Below, piece by piece: positions 1 to 8,418 of a stretch of 41,064 nucleotides of DNA (position 1 is its first letter; the number at the start of each line of letters is the position of its first letter). Both the position numbers and the translations under genes were made by a program. The stretch spans positions 1 through 41,064 of the forward strand of contig JALGVI010000097.1 of NCBI GenBank assembly GCA_029838215.1, written 5' to 3'. Source of the stretch: Candidatus Helarchaeota archaeon (GTDB lineage Archaea > Asgardarchaeota > Lokiarchaeia > Helarchaeales > RDOG01). A model generated the notes under the pieces. It made no database searches. It had not been told where the DNA came from and saw only the letters and a list, made by a program, of their open reading frames with translations.

Positions 1-260
1 TCACTAGTGATCGTTCGATTTTTTTTATCGTATTAAAATGATTTTTTTTTAATTTAATTGAAAGAATCGTTTTTTGGGCGTGGTTGGGCGGTATTCGACA
101 TTTTTAAGCGAATTAGAGCGAAAAATCGTTTTGTTTATATAAACGTTCTTTTGATCAAACACGTCGTCGTGCAAAAATTGAGGATTCCCTAAATGTAAGA
201 GAGGCATATGAAATTATTTAAATAGTACCGACATTAAAATATATCTTACTTATTTGTTCA
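1..260. promoter_or_regulatory. AT-rich non-coding region with a TATA-like box; possible CRISPR leader for an array left of the window, and/or promoter of the downstream gene
   Basis: No credible ORF. Palindromic GTTTATATAAAC at about 133-144 (a TATA box readable on either strand), repeated AATCGTTTT (about 65 and 124), long T/A tracts. Lies upstream of the cas1-2-4 module. No repeat unit is visible, so the leader role is inference. Confidence 0.3.
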
Positions 261-331
261 AATGCTGAGTGGAGTAATTCGAAGGAAGTCTTATCAATGT
301 CGAGGACTGTTAGGGGACCCATCTCGAATTA

Positions 332-1201
332 TTGGATTTGGAGCAGGAGCCGAGTTTTTTATCGGGACTTTTGGAATTTGTGGTACGCGGTTATGGTTAT
401 CAGTCAGTGGTAGATATTTTTGCACCACATTTAACAGTAGTTTCAAATTTTGGAGATATTCAGGTCGTGCCATTTCTTGGACTGGTAATTTATCAATTGA
501 GCAGGGATCGTTTTTGCGAGAGTTGTTTTTGTCAGGTTGATTTGGGTGAGGGTTTATGTTCTTCGTGCCGAAAGGAATTGGGCTTGGAGTTTTTACAGTG
601 CGTGAAGATTGGTCCGGGTTTTGGTACGCAATGTTGTGATTTAGCGGATCCGCCTTGTCATTCAGAATTTAGTCAAAGTTATTGTCAGCGAAGCCATGTA
701 TTATATATAGCGGCTTTTGATGAGGAGATCATTAAGATTGGCATGTCGAGAGAAGACAGGGTTTATTTTCGGTTGGTGGAGCAGGGTGCAATATCGGCAA
801 TGATATTTCAACATCCATCCAAGTGTAATTTCGTGGAGACACACTTGTTGGAGCAAGATATTTGTAAGAACTTGGGGTTGCGTGATTTTTTAGTATTTGA
901 GGACAAGATTGAAATTTTTTCAAGATGTGATTTTGATTTTCATTCAATACGGAATGATTTACGGGAATTAGGTGATGTCTTGCGTGCAAATTATGGACTG
1001 CAAATGATCGAGCATTTAGACTTTGTTGATGAATATTGTCTTGTTTCTGATGTTGATGTGGTCGAAAAGGAGCCACTGGTATTGGATGGAATCATTGTCG
1101 GATTTCGTGGTAATATTGCTTATTTAGAATCGCGTGATAGTATCATGGCATTTGACATGAATAGGTTGCAGGGTCGAAAACTCCTTAATATTTCTGGTTA
1201 A
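332..1201 (+). CDS. DUF2797-family protein (Cys-rich Zn-binding N-terminal part plus a GIY-YIG-like C-terminal part)
   Basis: Cys cluster FCESC..LCSSC..C..CC..CH..C..H followed by HVLYIAAF-x5-KIG-x2-R-x6-RLVEQGA, matching the DUF2797 pattern H-x-VYLA..KVG..R..R-x2-QGA. TTG start is uncertain. Confidence 0.7.
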   Translation: MDLEQEPSFLSGLLEFVVRGYGYQSVVDIFAPHLTVVSNFGDIQVVPFLGLVIYQLSRDRFCESCFCQVDLGEGLCSSCRKELGLEFLQCVKIGPGFGTQCCDLADPPCHSEFSQSYCQRSHVLYIAAFDEEIIKIGMSREDRVYFRLVEQGAISAMIFQHPSKCNFVETHLLEQDICKNLGLRDFLVFEDKIEIFSRCDFDFHSIRNDLRELGDVLRANYGLQMIEHLDFVDEYCLVSDVDVVEKEPLVLDGIIVGFRGNIAYLESRDSIMAFDMNRLQGRKLLNISG

Positions 1202-1280
1202 CAATAAATTTGGAGTGATTTGAGTACGAAGGAGAGTTTGAATTGTTTTTTTTTGAATATAAGAATTGGGAGCATTCAAG

Positions 1281-2303
1281 ATGACGTACGTGTTTGACAA
1301 ACCAGGAACTTATATTGGCAAGAAGGCGGCCACGTTGAATATCAAGCTTCCTGATAAGACAAGAAGAGAAATTGCAGTCAAGAAAATTGGTTGTTTGATA
1401 ATTTGTACTAGAGTTCAGTTGAGTTATGATGCCTTAAAGCTTCTTGCGTTACACGGAATACCGGTAATATTCGTGAGTGGTAATCGACCGATTGCGATTT
1501 TTCATCCTTTTGCGTTACATGGAACTGTTTTAACTAGACGTGCTCAATTTTTAGCGTATTTAGATGAAAGGGGTTCATATTTAGCAAAAATGTTTATTAA
1601 GGCTTCGTTGGAGAACCGTACTCGTTTTTTAAAAAGGATTCGTCGAACTAGAAAAGTTTTACATCCTGAGATTGCAGAGAAGATTGAAAAATGTATCGAA
1701 AAAATCAAGTCAAAACAATTTGAAATTGATGGATTAAACGGAATTATTGATGACATTCGATGGCAATTAATGGGATTGGAAGGAATTGCGGCCAAACAAT
1801 ATTTTGACGGTTTTCGAAGTGTTTTTCCTGATGATCTTGAGTTCAAAGGGCGGGTGAAGCGTCCACCAAGGGATCCTGTTAATTCATGCTTGAGTTTTGG
1901 TTATACCATGTTATATGGGGACGTGCTTGTTGGCATTGCGGCAGCGGGTTTGGAGCCATTTGCAGGATTCATTCACGCGGATCGGTCTGGAAAGCCATCT
2001 TTGGCACTGGATTTAATTGAGGAATTCAGGCAAGTCACGGTGGATCGTTTGGTCCTGAAGCTTTTTTCAAGAAAAAAGTTAGGCAAGGATGATTTTGCTT
2101 TAGAAGAATCTCGATGCTTGTTTACAGACAGGGGAAAGGAATTGTTCATCAAGGAGTACAATGACATGATAGATGAGGGCATACTCATGCCTGATGGAAA
2201 ACAAGTTTCTTTCAAGAAATTAATTATTAAGCAGGCACGTTTATTGACCAGATATTTGGTTGGTAAGTCTCCGACTTATGATCCTTTCTTGATACCGTGG
2301 TGA
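1281..2303 (+). CDS. cas1: CRISPR-associated integrase Cas1
   Basis: Motifs LMGLEGIAAKQYF, RPPRDPVNSCLSFGYTMLY, GFIH..KPSLALDLIEEFR. ATG at 1281 is preferred over TTG at 1266. Confidence 0.97.
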   Translation: MTYVFDKPGTYIGKKAATLNIKLPDKTRREIAVKKIGCLIICTRVQLSYDALKLLALHGIPVIFVSGNRPIAIFHPFALHGTVLTRRAQFLAYLDERGSYLAKMFIKASLENRTRFLKRIRRTRKVLHPEIAEKIEKCIEKIKSKQFEIDGLNGIIDDIRWQLMGLEGIAAKQYFDGFRSVFPDDLEFKGRVKRPPRDPVNSCLSFGYTMLYGDVLVGIAAAGLEPFAGFIHADRSGKPSLALDLIEEFRQVTVDRLVLKLFSRKKLGKDDFALEESRCLFTDRGKELFIKEYNDMIDEGILMPDGKQVSFKKLIIKQARLLTRYLVGKSPTYDPFLIPW

Positions 2304-2307
2304 TGTC

Positions 2308-2610
2308 GTGAAGCATCTCGTGATATATGATGTTCCCAAGGAGTTTAATAAAGTCAGAACCAAGATTGCCCAGTGCTGTAAGAATCACGGATTGGAACGA
2401 ATTGAGTATTCCGTGTTTTTAGGAGACATGAGTCCAAATGAAGCGGAAACGCTTGCGATGGAATTGGAGGACCTGACACGAGAAATTAGTGCCGACATCC
2501 GCATTTTTCCGATTTGTCAGAATTGTCTGAAAAAATCCATCATCGTGAGGATCGGGGCGTTGAGTTGGGATTTTCAGGAGTCAATTAAGGGAAGTGTTGA
2601 ATTCGTATGA
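2308..2610 (+). CDS. cas2: CRISPR-associated protein Cas2
   Basis: LVIYDV N-terminus, ERIEYSVFLG, 100 aa, GGTGA RBS before the GTG start, directly after cas1. Confidence 0.95.
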   Translation: MKHLVIYDVPKEFNKVRTKIAQCCKNHGLERIEYSVFLGDMSPNEAETLAMELEDLTREISADIRIFPICQNCLKKSIIVRIGALSWDFQESIKGSVEFV

Positions 2611-3206
2611 GTGGCATGAAGCACCATCCGCTCGAGAAAATCGTTTTTACAGCAGAAGATGTTCGTCAATATACGTATTGTCCCCGAATCATTTACTTCC
2701 GATACGTGATGAACGTGAACATGCCCCCGAGAACATATAAGATGGAAAAGGGAATCGAGAAGCACGAAAAGGACGTTCGGAATTTTAAAAGTCCGCCAGA
2801 ATCTTCACCACAAAAATATGCCAATATTTATCTCAAGGATGAGCGAGTGGGATTAATTGCGTTATTGGATTTTTTGGAAGTGGATGGGGACGAAGCCATC
2901 CCAATAGATTTGAAAACGGGCAAGCGTTATCAAGAACCCATCTCGGATCATCATTTCGCCCAGTTGGTAGCACAGGCGCTTCTCGTAGAAGCCTGCATGG
3001 GACAGATTGTTCGTCGAGTTCGTGTTGATTACACGCGCCTGAAAAAAGTCCTTGAGCGGCAGGTTGATGTTGACGATAAGTTTCGTGTCTTGCGTGATTT
3101 AGAAAGAATGCAGGAAATTGTAGAAACGGAAATCATCCCTTCACCAACGAACATCGAAGGAAAATGCACGGACTGTGAATTTTGGAGGTATTGCCTTCGA
3201 GTTTGA
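2607..3206 (+). CDS. cas4: CRISPR-associated exonuclease Cas4
   Basis: YCPR N-terminal Fe-S Cys, RecB-like D..IDLKTG, QLVAQ, C-terminal CxxCx5C (CTDCEFWRYC). ATGA overlap with cas2. Confidence 0.95.
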   Translation: MSGMKHHPLEKIVFTAEDVRQYTYCPRIIYFRYVMNVNMPPRTYKMEKGIEKHEKDVRNFKSPPESSPQKYANIYLKDERVGLIALLDFLEVDGDEAIPIDLKTGKRYQEPISDHHFAQLVAQALLVEACMGQIVRRVRVDYTRLKKVLERQVDVDDKFRVLRDLERMQEIVETEIIPSPTNIEGKCTDCEFWRYCLRV

Positions 3207-3312
3207 ATCCAATGTTTTAATTTAAAATTGATATAAATAAATCACAGATTTGGATAATCTAGAAGATATTGGAAAAAAATCAAAATTGAAGGAATAAAAT
3301 AAAAAATGGATA

Positions 3313-5793
3313 TCATTCGGTCAGTCCAAACCCTTCTTGATATGGAACGTTCAAAATGTATATGTTGTAATCGTTATCATATTCTATTTTTTTTTCTTTC
3401 ATATACTTAAAAAGACGTCTTTTTGAAATCGAAACAAGCAAATTCGTAGCAATTAGAAATTGTCTGTTATCAATTAAATCTTTAAATTCTTTGTGATATT
3501 GTATTGGTAGGACTTCAATGGAATCAAACAATTCTTCAAATTCTTTAAAGATTTTTTTATCAGATGTAAAAGGTCGAAGATAAGTAACTATGAAATCAAA
3601 GAAGTGCTTTTTCGTTGATTCAAAAATTTTCTGTTCTTTTTCTTCATAACCGTTTTTATATAAGAGTTGAACTAAATTATTAAAATCAGCGTTACTCAGC
3701 GGAAAAAAATCGGGATTTTCATCTTTATACACTTGACGAATATTTTGAATTTTTTCTTTAAGTAATTCAAGGGTTCTTTTCAATCTTTCTTTTGAATAAA
3801 TGGTTTTATCTTTAAGGGAATCTTGTGTAAAAATATGGATTTTTCCCAATGATTTGTTCTTTCCTTTTCGATTAACTCTTCCAGCACGTTGAATTAAGGC
3901 ATCAATAGGAGCAATCTCGAAGTAGCCAGTCATAAAATCTAAGTCTAAAGAGACTTCAATAGCTTGAGTTCCAACCAAAATATTATATTGTTGTAAATGT
4001 TCTTCGACTGCTATTCGATCTTTTTGAGTTAGACGCCCATGAATCAAGCCAATTTCAGCTTTATTCGGTTTTTTAGAGAACCCAAAAATTTTTTTTTCAA
4101 TGAGTTTGAGGTAAACAAACTGAGCTGTTTTTACAGAATTGCAAACAATCAAGATGCTTTTTTTATTTTTGACATCATTTTTTATCATTGAAAGAAAATT
4201 GGGATTCAATCTACCTTCAGCATCAAAATTGACCATACTACCTTCAATTAATCGAAATTCGTGTTTAATTTGTGTTTTTAGTTTTTCTTCAGGGCATTTT
4301 AGAATTTGAGGATTGTCTAATACATCTTCAAATTCCTTTTGAAGAAACGTAGGCATTGTTGCTGTCATTATAAAAAATTGAGTGTGAATGGACTTTTTTA
4401 AAAATTTTATTATTACAATTATTTGGGCAATAGTTCGGGGATCATATACATGAATTTCGTCAAATATGCATTTTGCCCCAACCAATTCAACCAATATCTT
4501 TTCAAATCCTTTATATCCGAAAAAAAGTTTAATAATTTGAAATGGTGTGGTAACCTTTATTGGAATATAAAGACTTCTACTTAATTGAGTTGTATTTTTG
4601 ACTTTTCTTAAAATTTCTATATTTGAAAGGTCTTCTTCACTTTTAGAATAAAAATTGAATAAATATTGTTGAGATTTATGATGAAGAATCCCAACATTCT
4701 CACTTCCAAAATACTCCATTAATCTTGAATGCATTTTATTGCAACTTGCAGTATATGGAAGAATAAAAAAGATACGTTCACCCCTCTTAGTTGATAAGTT
4801 ATAATCTGCCCAAAATAAAGCACTTTCCGTTTTTCCAGAAGCAGTCGGTGCGAATAAAAAACAATCACCTTTCATTTTAGAACATTTTTCTTGTATCGTT
4901 TTAAGAGTCCAATTTGGATGATTTTTATGAAAAAGTTCAGTAAATGGATGACATAAGACCGGTATTTCTGAACAGTTGGCGGAAGCCAAATGGTCAGCAG
5001 ACAGAAATATGCCACGAAACAGAATCGCCAAAACAAATTTTGTGAAATGGTTTTGATTTATCAAATCAAGGGAATTGGAAAGAATTGAAGTACTCCAATC
5101 CAATTTCAATTTTTGAGTAAATTTTTTCCATGGAATAACTAAGGATTCATAATATCTTGGAATTTGATTGATAGTGAAATTCTTTATCGATTCAATTGAA
5201 TTGTCTGTTAATCCATTAAATTGAATATTATCAATTCTTAGATACTTTCTCTTTGAATGTATGACTGATGAAAATTTTTTAATAATTTCAGTATTATGAA
5301 AAAACTCCTGCCACTTTGTAAATAAACGTTCAAGAGCATAAGAATTCTTAGTGTTGTAATTCTCCATCAAATAGTCAATTGTCTTGTGATTTGTTACTAA
5401 CGATAGAAATGTAAGATAAAGACTATATTTAACGTTTATTTCTATATTGTCTAACTTAATATTTGAAAATAAGTTCGGTTCCAGCGACAGAAAGTATGTT
5501 ATGCTCAAAATTTCATGTCTATAATTCCAGCGCTCTTTAGTATTTAATAGGAGACTTTGAAATCCTGGAGCAATTTTTCCAAAATCATGAAAAATTAGAC
5601 CTAATCTTAAACATTTAAAAAGTTCAATTTGCTCATCTAAAAAACAGAAAATTTCGTTTGATGTTATAATCGATTTGAGAACATTTAAGGACTTATTTGT
5701 ATGCTGTGCTAAGGTTTCTCCTGTACTTTTCGCTAGAATTTTCTCCTCGAAATGATTAGGAAAAAAATGTTTAAATTTTGAATTACTCATCAT
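3313..5793 (-). CDS. cas3: Type I Cas3 (HD nuclease fused to SF2 helicase)
   Basis: N-terminal H..HDFGK..FQ and RHEILS, plus SADHLAS (HD domain). APTASGKTES (motif I), DEIH (II), TAT (III), TQAIEVSLDLD (V), QRAGRVNR (VI). Confidence 0.97.
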   Translation of the reverse strand: MMSNSKFKHFFPNHFEEKILAKSTGETLAQHTNKSLNVLKSIITSNEIFCFLDEQIELFKCLRLGLIFHDFGKIAPGFQSLLLNTKERWNYRHEILSITYFLSLEPNLFSNIKLDNIEINVKYSLYLTFLSLVTNHKTIDYLMENYNTKNSYALERLFTKWQEFFHNTEIIKKFSSVIHSKRKYLRIDNIQFNGLTDNSIESIKNFTINQIPRYYESLVIPWKKFTQKLKLDWSTSILSNSLDLINQNHFTKFVLAILFRGIFLSADHLASANCSEIPVLCHPFTELFHKNHPNWTLKTIQEKCSKMKGDCFLFAPTASGKTESALFWADYNLSTKRGERIFFILPYTASCNKMHSRLMEYFGSENVGILHHKSQQYLFNFYSKSEEDLSNIEILRKVKNTTQLSRSLYIPIKVTTPFQIIKLFFGYKGFEKILVELVGAKCIFDEIHVYDPRTIAQIIVIIKFLKKSIHTQFFIMTATMPTFLQKEFEDVLDNPQILKCPEEKLKTQIKHEFRLIEGSMVNFDAEGRLNPNFLSMIKNDVKNKKSILIVCNSVKTAQFVYLKLIEKKIFGFSKKPNKAEIGLIHGRLTQKDRIAVEEHLQQYNILVGTQAIEVSLDLDFMTGYFEIAPIDALIQRAGRVNRKGKNKSLGKIHIFTQDSLKDKTIYSKERLKRTLELLKEKIQNIRQVYKDENPDFFPLSNADFNNLVQLLYKNGYEEKEQKIFESTKKHFFDFIVTYLRPFTSDKKIFKEFEELFDSIEVLPIQYHKEFKDLIDNRQFLIATNLLVSISKRRLFKYMKEKKIEYDNDYNIYILNVPYQEGFGLTE

Positions 5794-5797
5794 TGGT

Positions 5798-6646
5798 CTA
5801 TATCCATTTCATATTTTTCTTTTTTCTATTCATTTCTATTTGTACTTTTCTCTCCTGTTCTTTGTTTTGGAGATTAAACACATGATCTTGTTGTTTTCGA
5901 CATACTTCTTCTAAAAATGTCATAAAAAAATATTCATAAGATTCAATGATCTTATTGTAATCAATTTCGTCATCCCCTATTTCATCTTCATCTATATTGG
6001 ATTCCCAATATGTTATGACATCTACTTCGGTTGCTTCGTCATATGATGAACATCTAAAAAGAGAGTCAGAAAAATCATTCCAGAAAAATAAATTTGCATT
6101 TTGTTTCATTAATTCGATCAATTTATGATTTCGTAAGAAAAATTGCTTTCCTTCACATTTAATTGCCAAGATTGGTTCGGATGTTTTTAAATCAAGTAGA
6201 AATTCACTTACATTTGAGAGAAATTCCTTAAATAAATCTTCAATTTTTTCTTCTTTATGCTTTAAGAAAAAAGTTTGACTTTTCATAAAAGGAATTAAGT
6301 TCTGCATTTTTTCTTGTATCATTTTTAGAGTTGTTTTAAGGAAATAGTTAATTTGAGAAAATTCATCATCATATCCTTTAAGATTGTGAAGAAATCTACT
6401 TCTATATTCGTAAATTTTTTTGAATTCTTTCTCTTTAAATGTTTTAATTTCATTCTTACTTAAAAAAATTGAACAAAATTGGTCTAATTGTCTTTTAAAT
6501 CCCTTCGTATTCTGTGGTGTCATTAATAAGGCTTCGATCATACAAACTAACACGGTCCCTTTCAACGAGGCACTTTCGATTTTTTCAAGATCTTCTACTA
6601 TAATGGAGGAATGATTTAATCGACTCTCAAGACTTTCATAATTCAT
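5798..6646 (-). CDS. HEPN-domain protein (ApeA-like HEPN signature) with an acidic C-terminal domain of unknown function, inserted between cas5 and cas3
   Basis: ATG at 6646 gives 282 aa; the ORF-track start at 6766 overlaps cas5. Shows MIEALL (E38) and KKIYEYRSRFLH (R82-x4-H87; codons 6403-6401 and 6388-6386), the E...Y-x2-RS-x2-hH HEPN signature. 37 nt after the cas5 stop and 4 nt before cas3. Confidence 0.75.
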   Translation of the reverse strand: MNYESLESRLNHSSIIVEDLEKIESASLKGTVLVCMIEALLMTPQNTKGFKRQLDQFCSIFLSKNEIKTFKEKEFKKIYEYRSRFLHNLKGYDDEFSQINYFLKTTLKMIQEKMQNLIPFMKSQTFFLKHKEEKIEDLFKEFLSNVSEFLLDLKTSEPILAIKCEGKQFFLRNHKLIELMKQNANLFFWNDFSDSLFRCSSYDEATEVDVITYWESNIDEDEIGDDEIDYNKIIESYEYFFMTFLEEVCRKQQDHVFNLQNKEQERKVQIEMNRKKKNMKWI

Positions 6647-6683
6647 CTTAAATTCCCATTTATTTAAAATGAAATTAAAAAAA

Positions 6684-7328
6684 TTAAGAGAACATAAAAA
6701 AACAATTCCCAGTTTCAAGTTCTTGAAAAAAGTTTGTGTCTTGTGTTTCAATTGAATTCTCAACATTTACATAATAAAAAATGTCGGAATCAATTAGAGT
6801 TCTGGGAATTTTGCTTTTAATATAAATTGGAAGGCGATAAATGGCACCACGTTCAATTTTATGATTTTTTGGGATAATTGAATCTTTTACAATGCCCTTT
6901 TTGATGTTTTTGGCTTCAACAATTTTAATTGTTCTTACAAAGGCCAAATCTGTTGATCTTCCAAGCAATAAAGGATAAAAAGGTTTTTTGAAATATTTTT
7001 GAAATTCTATAGGAGATAGGTATAATTGCAATGACGTATCGAATAGAAATTCCCTACGATGAATGTTTGTTTTATGATTTCCCTTTGTATCGAATTCGTA
7101 TATTCGTTCAAGGTCAAGTGTCTTGGCACGATATTTAAAAATGTAGCCAAATTCCACATCATTTTGTTCTACAATGTCACCTTTCGCCGCGGATAATAAC
7201 CCGTATATTGTTGACGGAGGAGGAATTGGATACGTGAGTTGCACGCCAGAAATGAATAGTGGTTGTCGAAAGCTTGCAGTCCAAGCTGATATTTCTATTT
7301 TTAGGAGTTCTATTTTTATTTCCTCCAA
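6684..7328 (-). CDS. cas5: Type I-B Cas5
   Basis: ISAWTASFRQP..TYPIPPPSTIYGLLSAAKG and LLGRSTDL are Cas5 (Tneap-type) motifs. Start is uncertain: TTG at 7328, or ATA at 7313 lying 7 nt after a GGAGGA RBS. The ORF-track start overlaps cas7. Confidence 0.93.
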   Translation of the reverse strand: MEEIKIELLKIEISAWTASFRQPLFISGVQLTYPIPPPSTIYGLLSAAKGDIVEQNDVEFGYIFKYRAKTLDLERIYEFDTKGNHKTNIHRREFLFDTSLQLYLSPIEFQKYFKKPFYPLLLGRSTDLAFVRTIKIVEAKNIKKGIVKDSIIPKNHKIERGAIYRLPIYIKSKIPRTLIDSDIFYYVNVENSIETQDTNFFQELETGNCFFMFS

Positions 7329-7350
7329 TGAAATTCTTGAGATTTTCGGT

Positions 7351-8418
7351 TTAAGATTTTTTATTGTTTTTAGATTTGTATATTTCGTTAAGAAAAGCTT
7401 CGACGACCTGTTTTGGGGTTCCAAGATATAAGATATTTTCTTCATCGGATTTGGATGACTCTAACTGTTTTTTTAGTTCTTCTAGATTATTTCTTAAATT
7501 ACCGAGAAAGTTATGCCTTATTCCAATGTAGATTTTTGAAAGAAATTCTTCTTTATAATCCTCAATAATTTCTTTTAATGCTTCAATTGAAAAATTTGGG
7601 ACACCATCATTATCATACATTAGATTTGCAAGTACGTGGTTTCCACCATTAAATAAGGCGAGGACAAGTAATTGTGGAGTAACATCGGTCAAATGAAGTG
7701 TAGATTTTGCACCTCCGAATAGGAACGGCAGTGCTTCAATTGTTTCTTTTATTCTTTTTTGTTTTAAGTCTTCGCTGATTTTAACGGTAGATATGCCGCC
7801 ATTATTTTCAATTATTAGATTTCCGTTTTTTTCATACGACTCTATTGATGATTCATTTAAATTATGAAATCCTGCTCTCGTTTCAGTTGTAAAATAACCA
7901 ACAGCATCCATGTCCAAAGAAAAAATTCCTTTTAAAGTAGCCATATAGAATTGATGTTCATAAGGAACGGGATCACCTTGTTGACGTGCCATTACACCAA
8001 AGTCATTTACAATCCGTACTGGAGACACAGAAACTAGTGGCGAATTTTTTAGAGGAGAAATTCTTGTAACAGTTACGTTTTTTGACTTTTTTTTACCTCC
8101 TTTTCCGTCAACCATTATTTTCTTTGCTCGCATATATCCAAACACATCATCATCAGGATATTTCACAGGATCGGCTTCAGTGTAAGCTATTTTAGTTTCC
8201 CGAGTTATTGGAGACATCTCCCAATTGTACTTGGATTCTAAAGTCTGACGCCACCAATATCTTATAGCTTGTGCAGAAACATACGGATGTGTGCCAGTTT
8301 TTGTTCTAATTTTCTTTACAGCAACAGTATTGTCAGCCATTTCGCCGGGCTCATCGCCAGCGTTGTTTAATGCCGCCGCATCAACACCAATTGCCATTAA
8401 ACCCATAATTACGTTCAT
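7351..8418 (-). CDS. cas7: Type I-B Cas7 (Cst2/DevR family)
   Basis: AAALNNAG, YVSAQAIRYWWR, YPDDDVFGYM, TRISPLKNS, PYEHQFY. Start abuts the cas8 stop (TAAATG) with a GGAGG RBS. Confidence 0.95.
   Translation of the reverse strand: MNVIMGLMAIGVDAAALNNAGDEPGEMADNTVAVKKIRTKTGTHPYVSAQAIRYWWRQTLESKYNWEMSPITRETKIAYTEADPVKYPDDDVFGYMRAKKIMVDGKGGKKKSKNVTVTRISPLKNSPLVSVSPVRIVNDFGVMARQQGDPVPYEHQFYMATLKGIFSLDMDAVGYFTTETRAGFHNLNESSIESYEKNGNLIIENNGGISTVKISEDLKQKRIKETIEALPFLFGGAKSTLHLTDVTPQLLVLALFNGGNHVLANLMYDNDGVPNFSIEALKEIIEDYKEEFLSKIYIGIRHNFLGNLRNNLEELKKQLESSKSDEENILYLGTPKQVVEAFLNEIYKSKNNKKS

Noticed and set aside
262-540. 92-aa ORF overlapping the DUF2797 gene
   Set aside because: Alternative frame with no motifs. 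The 332-1201 frame carries the conserved Cys/His pattern.
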